Of a stretch of 64,000 nucleotides of DNA, positions 37,017-49,464 are shown one piece after another (positions within the stretch are counted from its first letter, which is position 1; each line of letters begins with the position of its first letter). Where the stretch lies: positions 124,001 to 188,000 of the forward strand of contig NMRA01000210.1 in assembly GCA_002633005.1 (NCBI GenBank). Direction: 5' to 3'. Source of the stretch: Phoronis australis. Taxonomy: Eukaryota > Animalia > Phoronida. A program made the position numbers and the translations under genes. The notes beneath the pieces were generated by a model, which saw only the letters and a program-made list of their open reading frames with translations, was not told the DNA's origin and searched no databases.

Positions 37017-38526
37017 GCCATTTCCGTTTTATATAGTGTTTCCGTGACTTGTCAAGTCACTCATTGTTTTGCCTCAGCTATGATAAGTTCGGTTGTCGCT
37101 TGCGTTTGTTTACGAGTCAGTCAGCATGCCGCATTACTCATTATCGTCTCGCGCAATTTGGGTATGCCATTACACCGTTTTCCTAAAGATGACACGTTCT
37201 GCCGTTCTTGGCCCGCAACGATACCGTCCACGCAACGTACAAAGCAGTGGAGAAGTACCGAGTGTGTGGGAAGCATTTTCTGCCGTTGCATTACGAAAGA
37301 GACATATACATGTACATGTACGCGGAATTGACGAAGTTTCCTGCAAAACAACGCCTGAAGAAGGATGCCGCTGTTGATTCCTGGTATTGCCTCGTCGCCA
37401 CCCCCGAGAAGTGCAATTTTGAAGCTAGTAGCCTCGCTGTGGACTCTACAGTGACTGGACTGGCTTCATCTACTGTCACTCGTGCCCAGTGCTGTAGGGG
37501 NNNNNNNNNNNNNNNNNNNNNNNNNNNNNNNNNNNNNNNNNNNNNNNNNNNNNNNNNNNNNNNNNNNNNNNNNNNNNNNNNNNNNNNNNNNNNNNNNNNN
37601 NNNNNNNNNNNNNNNNNNNNNNNNNNNGTAGGCGCACGTAGGCGCAGCCAACCACCTTTTGGCATTTCAACGTAGTGCCTTACGCACCGTAAGTTAAGTT
37701 CAGTGCTCAAGATGATACGGTGGGCTCTGGGCGCCTACTTAACTCTAATTTTACCACTACAGCACTGCTCGTGCCTCCAAATATATCCCAGAGCGTGCAA
37801 TTCCAGGAGCTAGCAGAGATTCGCCCTGGATACAACACCAGCACAGAGCCTGTAAGCAGCCCTGCAGTTACGTTAAGTAGTGGGAGTCAATACAGGCCAA
37901 AGTCGACGCCCACTCGGAAGCACAGCTCGTCGTCCAGTGGTCAGGCCGGTGAGCCAAACTTTGAATAGTTTATTTTGGATTTGACTACAGCATTGGAGCT
38001 ATTTAGAAGGTGCCAAGTTTGGGGCGAGGGATTCACACGGCTGCATGTAAGCGGTTTGGGTACTCAGGTCAACATCCAGTGGTAACAGCATAAGCATTTC
38101 ATTGAGGTCGGCATTACAGTGCACACATTGCATTTGCACCAAGAAGTCCCACCACGTCTGTCCTCAGTCTGTGCTCATCCCTCTGTATTCTGTCTCACTA
38201 TACCGCTCGGGCTCAAACATATATCCACCCATTGCTGCTACAAACTAAGATATTCAAAAATCCAAGGTAATCTAAAAGTTCTCTAACAACCTAGCGTGTC
38301 GTAGAAAACTCGTCGATTGGGAAGTGGTGACGACAATTTTAGAGACCAGCACAAAAACAACAGTAGAACAGATCTTCACAGTAACTCGATTGCACTAGAA
38401 ACGAAATGGCGGGAAATTCTTAACCCTCTAAACGTCACTTCCGGAGCAGTGCACGACTAATTCATAAAATTACGACGAGCCTTCATTAACTGAAGCATAT
38501 GCCTGGGATAATCAACGAACCGTATT
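36901..38526 (+). mobile_element. DNA transposon derivative with ~135-bp TIRs and a frameshifted THAP domain
   Basis: TIRs aatacggttcgttgattatcccag... (36901-~37040) and the inverse (~38393-38526). Peptides LHRFPKD...W and RVCGKHF...YERD...RLKKDA are THAP hallmarks. Confidence 0.85.
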
Positions 38527-39561
38527 AAAATGACACGAAAAATGTTGCCATCCCCTTTAATCATGGCCACCACCATGTTTATAGTGTACGCAGCAATTTG
38601 ATGCTAGTAGCTGTGTTCAGATCGTTAAATAGATACTATACATATTGAAACCAGTCTATTTTGCCTTAGTGTTGAACAGCCGCTTCTAGGTGAACCATTA
38701 GCTGCCGTGGTGTCCGTCTATAGGACCGTTGTTGGCTAACCAAACTTTGAATACCGAAAATATCTAAAGAGACTAAAATCTAACTTGAACATCACCATGT
38801 ATACTCAAGCATAATTTAAAAAAATATAATTGGTTGGATTTTAACCCTTATTAAAAATTATGATTCGTGAGTTGCCAAAATCTCGGGCGGAAAGTGGATT
38901 TATAGCCGCTATAAAAGCTAATGTGGTGGCAAAGTCTAGAAGCACATGCTTCCCAAAGGTTTGCAACACTGTAGGCTACAAATTGGAATAGGAATTACAT
39001 CTCACTGTCTAACTAAAAAGCTGAATAACACAGCTAGGTATAGGCACAAACTTCTCACCGAAAAATGGCGCGACAAAATGTTTAATCTCAACACCTTGGG
39101 GAGTTATGTATAATGTAACATCTAAAAGTTAATTATCAAATGTATTTATGGATTTTATACATAAAGGGTTACTTTTCATTATCCTAATTCACCTGGTGTC
39201 AAATAGAGGCATTCGCTCAGTTGTGTTTGCTCGAACTCCAATGGTTATATCTTTGAAATTGAAATTTACCGCTTGGTAAATTGATATTTTATATGACGTT
39301 CATCGGGTTACCGTTGTGACAATTATTGACCAATGATTTTGCTGAAAAACTACATGACTGAAGAGCATAAATGGTTTATTTGACCGATTTATATGTCGCC
39401 TGGTCACCATGGTCACATTTTGAATATATATGTACTGTACACGCATTTAGGCATTTATGCCGACCAGCTACAACAGCGTAGATTTTCTGAACGCTTCCAT
39501 CTTAATTCTTATATTTTATAGATAATCATTACAAGAGAGGTTATAAGCAAAGAGCAACTGT

Positions 39562-39599
39562 AGTAGTAGTAGCAGCAGCAGCAGCAGCAGCAACAGCAG
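39562..39599. repeat. (AGT)3(AGC)n microsatellite
   Basis: Directly visible. Confidence 0.85.
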
Positions 39600-39631
39600 A
39601 ATGTACATGTACTAGGTGCTTGGTCAAGATT

Positions 39632-40203
39632 TTCGCTGGTTCCGTGCGTGCCGCTAGGTGGTAGCCAGCACGCAGGTATCACTTAATTTTCCTCGGGATT
39701 TTTTTAGACTGGCATTTCTGATTGGCTGGTCGAATTCTCAACAGGCAGCGTTTTACACAAACAAACTGATATGACTGATGGAGGAAGTGCAAATGTGGTC
39801 TGTTGTACAGACATACATGTACATGTATCGGTGCTTAAAATTCATGTTCAAGAAATGTGAATCCCAGAAAATTGTGGTTGCGCCTTTTCGGAGTGCATCT
39901 TTCTACTGTCGCTGACTTTTGTTGACGTTGCTGTCCTGTATTCATACAGACAGTATGATAACACACCAGTTAAATAGGCCAGGTATGTGTTTATTGTACA
40001 AGTATGTGTTTCATGCACACGGCTTTGTAATAGTGACTGCTACGCCACTTGCATGACAAGGCTAGAATTCGTTCATAGTCCGCCATTTTTTTCACTTTGG
40101 TGTAAAGCTATCCAATGACTGCCGAGGTTACATCAACCAGTGACAAAGAGCGTGCTACGAAATGGTACCTGCGTGAGATCTCTACAAGCAGGGAACCGGC
40201 GAG
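39632..40203. mobile_element. Old MITE with degenerate TIRs
   Basis: ttcgctggttccgtgc...cacgcaggta versus tacctgcgtg...gcagggaaccggcgag. Confidence 0.5.
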
Positions 40204-42675
40204 GGTAAAGATTCTCCATTATGCTGTTTTCTGAGGAAATTTGACTTAGGGGAGACAACTCTGAAATTTAGCTATCCAGAAAAAGATAGTATATTGCTGA
40301 TTTTTTAATTTATGTTGTGTTTGAAAATATCACATTTATCAGAAAACAGAACTCATACCCATAGTTGCCGTAGGATATATGTCGAGATGGTGGACCCCGA
40401 CCTCAATTTTCAAGGAACAAACCTTTAAGATAGCTTTGCGAGGGAGTGACGTCAATTTCAGAAGGACGAACCCTCGTGAGAGACTTGAAAACGACATGTC
40501 GGCGCCGGGAGGGAGCCCTGGCCCCCTGTGCCCACCGTACTGTTTTATGGGCGGATCCAGGGGTCAAGGGGATGCGGACCCCTTTTTTCATTACTTTTAG
40601 TGATATAAATATCTAGAATTTTCAAGTTGTTGACTTGAACCCCCCTTTTAAAAAATCCTTGATCCGAACCCCCTCCTGAATCAGTAGTAGGTATCAAAAT
40701 TGGCTAATGATTCCAGCAACTGAAAATCACATGTCGGTGCCTTTTTATCGTGTACAGAAGGGAGGCCTGGGCCCTCTCGAACTACCCTAAATCCATCTAT
40801 GCAGCTTACCATTTGGTTTCATAACAGATTGTGCTGTTAAATGTACAAGTAAGTAACATGGAATGCATTTTCCAGCAACTGAGACTGAGGTTCACTATAG
40901 TAGGCATTAAAAACAAATGAATAATTTTTGTTCAAAACTTTAATTTATATAACGATACATATACAAAATACCTACAATGCTGATTTCAATAGCTACTAAA
41001 TGTTCAGATTTAAATAGCACATAAATAGGATGGAACATTCAGCCACTTCATATGACCTGTTTGCATGCAATAAGATATTTTTGTGAAAACAGCAACATAA
41101 CGAAATGAGCATCATTAATAAATACAAAGAACGTGTTACAAATTTCTACCACGAAGAACTCTAGTTGAATGTTCGCGTATGGTAAACTTTCTTAAAAAAC
41201 AACAGCATACAATAACTGAATTTCAATACGTGAAAATAATCATAATAGTTTAAGCAACAAAATAACATCTGTGTAAAAGTATATCAGCACAGGTTCCATA
41301 CAACTGTAACTTTTGCACGGTGTCATAGATAAATAACATATAATGCAGTGCAAAAAATAACACAACTATATTCATACCAGCCCTTCACACAGGCGAAAAT
41401 TAATGCTCGAAATTACGAGTAACGACATATTCTGCACTGGTAGCCTAATCCCGATTTTGGACTCGCCTCTGACGACCTAAAAATGCTGAACGTCTTCTCC
41501 GTGCCCGCTCAAATAATACCAGTGAGGTCCATTTCCTACTCGTAATTAACTTTTTAATCGCATTTTCAAGCGTGTACTCACTTAATTATGTCGAGCCCTG
41601 CAGGCAATGAAAATAGTATTGAGGATAACACCGACTTTACTTACGAAGATCGGAATCTTTTACCTAAGCTCACTACAATACTGCAAAAAGTGCTCTTTTT
41701 TGACCGCCTCTTGACTTTCAGAGAGGATCAATACCTTGATGTACAGGGTGGTGAGGTCTGAAAGAGAAATTGAGTGAAAAATGAAAGTTGGAGTGGACGA
41801 TGGCCCAGTGTTGCAACAAGACTCTGGAGTTAAAGACACTCTGGGTCCCAACTGCAGTCTCTCTGGCGAATTATCTACTAAGCGAAAGTCCAGCCAACCT
41901 AAACATCAATGCAACAGAGTAACATACATGTACATGTACATGTACTCTCTAAATTTATAGACTAAATCAACCACATCGGCATTTTGTTAGTCTGAATGGA
42001 AATTAGGTTGTTTGTAGCATAATGCTGACCTAAAGACACTCAACGTATTTTAAGCCTGAGGACTGAGGTCAAACAGCTGTGCCTGTGGTGGCAACTTTAA
42101 TGCAGAACATACATGTACGTGCAGAAATGAAGTCGTTGAATAGCGCCAACTAAACGGAACTCTCGTAAAGTTCACGAGTTTCCGCGTTAGTTGCTATTGA
42201 GGGTGCATTTCCTCGAACATGGCTTCCGTGCAGGCTGCCGTGTCGACACAAGCGACGGACTATGTCAATTATTTTCACATGGGCGGCGCAGCACTGAAAA
42301 AAGCGGGAGGCTAAAGCCAATTGGGGCCCGGCCCTTGTGGTGCATCGCCTATAGACCATGTGCAGCGTAGCACTGAAAAAAATGGGGGCTATTAGTAAGT
42401 GATGTATTGTGTTTGTCTCAAAAACTATTTGTAAGTAATGTATTTTGCATATCTCACTAACTAGTAATAAGTGACGTATTGTGTTGGTCTCACAAACTAT
42501 TAGTAATTGATGTATTGTGTTTGTCTCACAACCTATTAGTAAGTGATGTATTGTGTTTGTCTCACAAACTATTAGTAAGTGAAGTATTGTTTTTGCCTCA
42601 CAAACTACATGTATTACTAAGTGTAAAAACCGGACGATATCCGCACAAATGAAGATTTTGAAGTTCAGGATAAAT

Positions 42676-42707
42676 CAACGTTTCGTCTATAAGTTAGACA
42701 TCATCAG
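42676..42707 (-). ncRNA. Minimal hammerhead ribozyme core (Penelope-type)
   Basis: Minus strand reads CTGATGA-t-GTCTA-actta-TAGAC-GAAA-CGTTG. Confidence 0.62.
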
Positions 42708-42824
42708 GATGTTTACATAGGACAACAAGTGCCAATGAACATACATCTCAGGTGACATCCATGAAATGAAGTGAGAGATACAGAGTAGTCAGTATGTTGG
42801 CACTTACTGTCCTATGTAAATATC

Positions 42825-42856
42825 CTGATGATGTCTACCGAATAGACGAAACGTTG
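42825..42856 (+). ncRNA. Minimal hammerhead ribozyme core (Penelope-type)
   Basis: CTGATGA-t-GTCTA-ccgaa-TAGAC-GAAA-CGTTG; stem III is the palindrome AACGTT. Confidence 0.62.
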
Positions 42857-44651
42857 AATTATCATGAACTTCTTCATTTGTGCGGCGATCGTACAGTTTT
42901 TATCTTACTGTTGTCAAGAACTGATTTATTACTAAGGGATGTATTGTGTTTGTCTCACAAACCATTAGTAATGAAGTATTGTGTTTTTGTCAGAAACTAT
43001 TAGTAAGTTAAGTATTGTTTTTGTCTCACAAACTATTATTAAGTGATAAACTGTGTTTCTCTCACAAATCATAATTAATGAAGTATTGTGTTTTTCTCAA
43101 AAATATTTAGTGAGTGACGTATTGCGTTTGTTTGACAAACCATTAGTTAGCGATGTATTGTGTTTGTCTCAAAAATTGACTTTTGTGTGCCCAAGCGTAT
43201 GAATACACGGCGATAATTCCGCGTTCAAATAGCAAGTTTTATTTGCCACCTGTTTTTACCTTTGTAATTTTGTCAAGACCTCTAGCACATGATTCATCGC
43301 TATGAAAATTATATGTATACGTTCCATCTTGATTCATTTTAACCTAGGAACCAGTACTGGTTCCTTGTTTTAACCATGGCTTGAGAATTAGTAGAGCTAC
43401 TAGAAATATTACTGCTTTTTATTCACTGTTTCTATTGTTTATAAGTGTGTTGACTGGGTACTTTTTATCCTATGTAAAGCAAAGAGTACACATTTGTTCA
43501 GGAAGTTTGAGAAGACTGAAATAAAACTTGTCAACGTGGAATATCGTCGTGCATTCAACATTGCGTGTTTATACGAGAATATATTACTGAAATACCCACA
43601 CCAAACATATGAGTAAACAGAACTTTTTTATTAGCTGGAGTTCTACCTCATTGGTAAATGTACTTACTTTGAATTAAAAACTGTGTTAAAATGAAAATTT
43701 TCAAATAAGTTTTTACGCATTAAAATACAATTCCACAAGTGTTAAAACGGCAAGAGTCCTCCATTTTGGCATTGCGCTGTAGTAGTTTTAGGCAAAATTC
43801 GCAGTTAGAAAACGTGTTCAGCTCGTCAAATTCAAACTACCAACACGTTGAATCATTGTTCGATGTCCTCGTAATTAATCCACTATGAAAACTGGGTCCA
43901 GCAAAGTTGGTCCAAGAATTCACTCTCTTGAGCAAAAATGGAGAATGTTTACCGTTCATGGTATGTGCTGGCAAATGGTTAAAAGGAGGTTGCGCTCGTT
44001 TGCGATGGCTAAAAATCGTCTGAAAAGTAAATGAAATCAAAAATGGTTTCAAAGCTGTACAAATTCTACTCCACTCTCTCCTGTTATTGATCTGTGAAAA
44101 CACCAGAGTCTCGTGCTAGTTAAAACGGGCTAAATTTATCTTGGCCAAATTTAGCACACGCCATCTTGAGTGGAGGGAAACTGTTAGACTAGCACGAGTT
44201 GACCTATTTACCACGCACACAGTTCAACAGTATTAGATGCCCTTTTTGACTTTGAGTGTGGTAGTTTTACAAACGAACGATTTTAGCCATCGCAAACGAT
44301 TGCAATATCCTTTTAAAATAATCGTAATGAAATATTGTAATACACACGTTTTACAAAAACAAATTTTCAAATTGCAGTTACTTGAGGTTCACTGGCGAAA
44401 ACCAAGTGCTTTGACAACTAAAGAAACGCTAATACATACATGTACGCAAAACGTAACTAGAGTGACGTACAGGTAGATGAAGTAATATCCCACGAGACAT
44501 TATGACGCGTATCGACCGAGACCGAACGTCGAGGCCGATAGGCGGAATAATGGCGAATGGGATATTACTAGTTTATGTACGCCAATCGAGGTGCGTTTTG
44601 TATTCATCCCATACGCTTCGAATTACCAAGTTTTTTTAGTTTTTTGGCAGA

Positions 44652-45954
44652 TTTTTATGCACCCATATATTTATATGTGGACGCATTATGCCCGTCATCT
44701 CCGTCCGTCCGTCGGTCCGGCCGTCCGGGCGGCGTCCGTCCGGCGTCCGGCGTCCGCTGCTCTATCTCCAAAACCCTTTGACTTACGTTCATGAAATTTG
44801 GCACATATGTTCCATTTATGAATGGGACGGCATGAGCGAACTTTCGGACGGATCCGACTACCGGTGTGCCCCCTAATGGCAATTTTATTTTTTACGCTTA
44901 CCTTTGTATCCTCAAAAGTCCTGAACGGATTTTCATGAAATTCGGTATGTCAGTAGGCACTTATTAGTGAAACGACGCTATCCTCCTGTTTTCGGATGGA
45001 TTCGATGTAGTTTGCGCCACCTAGTGGCCATTTTTACTGTTTTCGTGTCTGTTTCTTTGCGTCAACCCTTCTATCAACCAAACTGCTCAAAGGATGATTG
45101 TGAAAATTGGCACTATAAAGAGGACGGTTGACGATGATTTTCCGACGATTTCGACTACTGTAGCGCCTCATAGTGGCAGTTTTGTTTTTGTTGCCCCTAT
45201 GGCTGTATCTCCTAAACCGTTCGCAGGATCTTTAATTAATTTAGCAAGTGTATTTATATGATGTTGACTACGGATGACGACGACTTTCGGACAGATCTGA
45301 CTACTGCTGTGCCCCCTAGTGGCAATTTTAATTTTTTTACGTTTAACTCAGTATCTTCAAAGGTCCTCAACAGATTTTCATAAAATTTTAAATATAGGCA
45401 TCTATTGGTGTGATGACGCTATGATCCTGTTTTTGGATGGAATCGAGGTATTTTGCGCCACCTAGTGGCCATTTTTTGCTGTTTTCAAATCTTGTTTTTG
45501 GTGTCCACCCCTGTATCAACCAAATCATTTGAAAATTGGCATATATATTCTCAGTGTGAAGATGACCTTTGAGGATGGTGACTGACTACTGTGGCGCCTC
45601 CTAGTGGTAGTTTTGTTTCGCGCCCATAGTTGTATCTCCTAATCCCACTTAAGAATCTTTACTAAATTTAGTAAGTGTATTTATATGAAGATAACAACAG
45701 ACGACGACGACTTTCAGTCGCATCCAACGGACACTGTGCCCACTAGTGGCAGTTTCATTTTATTCTGTTTTCCTTTGTTTCTCTGATGTTCCTTGACAGA
45801 TTTTTATGAAATATGGCATGTTTCTGTTTTTGAATGGATAGTATGTTTTTGCGCCATATAGTGGCCATTTTTATGATATAAATAAATAACCCTAAAAGCA
45901 CACCACTTGCAATGCATTCGTGGGCGCAATTCAACGTTCCGCGTTGCTCTTGTT
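44652..45954 (+). mobile_element. Non-autonomous Helentron/HINE (DINE-like) element with a central satellite array
   Basis: 5' tttttatgcacccat, (CCGT)n microsatellite ~44700-44757, ~146-bp tandem units, 3' partner gtgggcgcaa, hairpin caacg-ttccg-cgttg, end CTCTTGTT. Confidence 0.8.
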
Positions 45955-46249
45955 AAGTATCAGTCCACCCGAGATCCACCGACCACTGTACAGCCAACAG
46001 GCGGCAAGGTGGGGGGTCAGCCATTCAGATCCATGTTTAGTCTGATAAANTTGCACATTGTGCCATGCAGCACTGCTGGTGTGTGGAAGTGCTGTGGGAA
46101 GAGAACGGAGTAACAAAGCTTGTCTAGGATACAGCTTGATGTGGCCTTAAAATGTCACTGAACCTGGAACAAATATTGAAATATGAATAATTAAGTACTC
46201 CAGATTGGATCAAAAATGTTATCCCTGTTTTTCAAAAATGTATGGTGAC

Positions 46250-47320
46250 TGGTCTACAGTTTCACATAAAAGTAAATAATAACTATTTTCAGAAACCAAG
46301 GGTGTATAAAATGAGTATTGCATAAAACTGTGTCTTTATTTTTTATCCCTAGCCATAACAATTCTTTAAACCCATCACTTGTCTGTAAAATATACAAGTT
46401 TTTTGAGACAACTTCAAACCTTTGTTACCCATTTTCAAGCCTTTTTGATTTTGATACTTTCAGCAATTTTAAACTCAGATTACAGGTTCATGGGTCTGTC
46501 AAGCATACTTCTAGCGTAAGGTTGAGGGTCCCGTTTTTCTTCTAATAGAAGATATGAAGACTTGGGTCATTTAAAAATGATGGATAATCTTTCTGTTGTT
46601 TAAGAGTAATTACAAATCGTATATGGCACCATCAAAAATGCAATTTTCACAAAATTGGCAGTCATTTGAATTTATAACGACTTGCAACATTTCAAGGCAT
46701 GAGTTAAGACTATTCAGTCACTGTGAATTCGGAAAATGTAATATATTTTCGTGGTTTTACAATTGATACAAGTAGCAAAACAGTTTCATGAAATCAACTT
46801 GAAGGGACATCGTGAAGGTTAAGAATTACCTCACCATGCTCTTTTCCCCAAACATGCATTACCTCTTATTTCCACACATTCAGTTGTACCAAATATTACA
46901 ACCCCCCATGCCAATCCCCCCTCGAGACCTGAATAAGTAATTTAACAAAATGACTTTAAAAATAGCTGTTCCTTTTCAAAGGCTTTGTTCGTTGTCTCCA
47001 ATATTGAAAGTAGGCTTTGACAACAGATCTGCACTGGATGGGAAGATCTTGTTGGCTAGCTGCAGTCAAATGCTAAAAACCAATTTTTGACCATTCAGGG
47101 ACGGTGCAGAAGCGATGCATATCTCCTCTGCACGGTACAAGCCTTCAAACCTAAAAACCAAAGGTTACGTGAAAACTGACGTGATAGATTTCTATTTCAA
47201 CGTGTAATAGATTTCCAGAAGACATATGATAGGGAGTAAACAAATAGTGTAATGCAATGGATATTTATCACTCACGTACCCTCTGCCATTGGGATTGGAT
47301 TGTAATCTTAACTCATTAAC
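46250..47320 (-). pseudogene. Possible decayed spliced coding sequence of unknown family
   Basis: Good splice signals (acceptors at 47321 and 47151; donors at ~47275/47279 and ~46862) and protein-like frames interrupted by several stops. Confidence 0.25.
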
Positions 47321-47831
47321 CTGTATCGAGTAGACAGCATAAACATTCAGCATTGATTGATGTAACTGTCACTGATAAACTTTTAGAAATCATTCCAAAC
47401 AATAATAATGCTTTGATGTACGAAAAGATCCCGATTGCTACGTCAAGTATCATATCACATATCACAAGATACAAAGATTAACCAGACTGTGGCTGGCGAC
47501 TGACTGCCGCGAAGTCGATATCGGCGAGTGCCTCAGTTAACAGGCATCGGTAGAATAATCATGGAANTGCCATCGGCGAGTGCCTCAGTTAACAGGCATC
47601 GGTGGAATAATCATGGAATAATCGTTAAAATAATCACAAACCTTACCTTTGTATGACGTCGCGCTTACTTCTTCTCATAGAAGCACCCTTTTTACGCAAT
47701 CTCAGATTCAGTTAGCACGGCTGCAAGCCATTTCACCATGTATTTAAAGGGCTCGCGAAATCGAGGCTGTTAATCTATCACCACTAGTACACGCACGCCC
47801 TCTAGTTATTGTAGATTTTCCGAATAGCCCC

Positions 47832-49464
47832 ATTATGTCGAGCCCTGCAGGCAATGAAAATAGTATTGAGGATAACACCGACTTTACTTACTAAGATCGG
47901 AATCTTTTACCTAAGCTCACTACAATACTGCAAAAAGTGCTCTTTTTTGACCGCCTCTTGACTTTCAGAGAGGATCAATACCTTGATGTACAGGGTGGTG
48001 AGGTCTGAAAGAGAAATTGAGTGAAAAATGAAAGTTGCAGTAAATTGTGGACGATGGCCCAGTGTTGCGACAAGACTCTGGAGTCAAAGGCACTCTGGGT
48101 CCCAACTGCAGTCTCTCTGGCGAATTATCAACTAAGCGAAAGTCCAGCCAACCTAAACATCAATGCAACAGAGTAACATACATGTACATGTACATGTACT
48201 CTCTAAATTTATAGACTAAATCAACCACATCGGCATTTTGTTAGTCTGAATGGAAATTAGGTTGCTTGTAGCATAATGCTGACCTAAAGACATGAGGTCA
48301 AACAGCTGTGCCTGTGGTGGCAACTTTAATGCAGAACATACATGTACGTGCAGAAATGAAGTCGTTGAATAGCGCCAACTAAACGGAACTCTCGTAAAGT
48401 TCGCGAGTTTCCGCGTTAGTTGCTATTGATGGTGCATTTCCTCGAACATGGCTTCCGTGCAGGCTGCCGTGTCGACGCAAGCGTCGGACTATGTCAATTA
48501 TTTTCACATGGGCGGCGCAGCACTGAAAAAAGCGGGAGGCTAAAGCCAATTGGGGCCCCTTGTGGTGCATCGCCTATAGATCATGTGCAGCGTAGCACTG
48601 AAAAAAATGGGGGCTATTAGTAAGTGATGAATTGTGTTTGTCTCAAAAACTATTTGTAAGTAATGTATTTTGCAAATCTCACTAACTAGTAATAAGTGAC
48701 GTATTGTGTTTGTCTCACAAACTATTAGTAATTGATGTATTGTGTTTGTCTCACAACCTATTAGTAAGTGATGTACTGTGTTTGTCTCACAAACTATTAG
48801 TAAGTGAAGTATTGTTTTTGCCTCACAAACTGCATGTATTACTAAGTGTAAAAACCGGACGATCTCCGCACAAATGAAGATTCAGAAGTTCAGGATAAAT
48901 CAACGTTTCGTCTATAAGTTAGACATCATCAGGATATTTACATAGGACAACAAGTGCTGATGAACATACATCTCAGGTGACATCCATGAAATGAAGTGAG
49001 AGATACAGAGTAGTCAGTATGTTGGCACTTACTGTCCTATGTAAATATCCTGATGATGTCTACCGAATAGACGAAACGTTGAATTATCATGAACTTCTTC
49101 ATTTGTGCGGCGATCGTACGGTTTTTATCTTACTGTGGCCAAGAACTGATTTATTACTAAGGGATGTATTGTGTTTGTCTAGCTCACAAACCATTAGTAA
49201 TGAAGTATTGTGTTTTTGTCAGAAACTATTAGTAAGTTAAGTATTGTTTTTGTCTCACAAACTATTATTAAGTGATAAACTGTGTTTCTCTCACAAATCA
49301 TTATTAATGAAGTATTGTGTTTTTCTCAAAAATATTTAGTGAGTGACGTATTGCCTTTGTTTGACAAACCATTAGTTAGTGATGTATTGTGTTTGTCTCA
49401 CAGATTGACTTTTGTGTGCCCAAGCGTATGAATACACGGCGATAATTTCGCGTTCAAATAGCAA
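47832..49464. repeat. 1.63-kb direct repeat, copy 2, with the same minisatellite and inverted hammerhead cores (~48901-48932 minus, ~49050-49081 plus)
   Basis: Colinear with 41585-43235. Confidence 0.95.

Larger units (their letters stand above)
42390..43172 (+). repeat. ~37-bp minisatellite (actattagtaagtgatgtattgtgtttgtctcacaa) interrupted by a ~280-bp fold-back
   Basis: Roughly 13 visible units; inverted repeat at ~42625-42902. Confidence 0.9.
41585..43235. repeat. 1.65-kb direct repeat, copy 1 (copy 2 at 47832-49464)
   Basis: Colinear, high identity, small indels; the ORF track shows near-identical peptides. Confidence 0.95.

Noticed and set aside
37208-37710. ORFs spanning X runs
   Set aside because: Artefacts of translating through the N gap. 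Only the THAP-like part is meaningful.
42390-43172. 37-bp repeats superficially like a CRISPR array
   Set aside because: Units are contiguous with no unique spacers, the context is eukaryotic, and there are no cas genes.
41585-49464. Paired direct repeats read as the LTRs of an intact retrotransposon
   Set aside because: Shared sequence extends beyond the TG/CA candidates, and there is no TSD, PBS/PPT or gag-pol between them.
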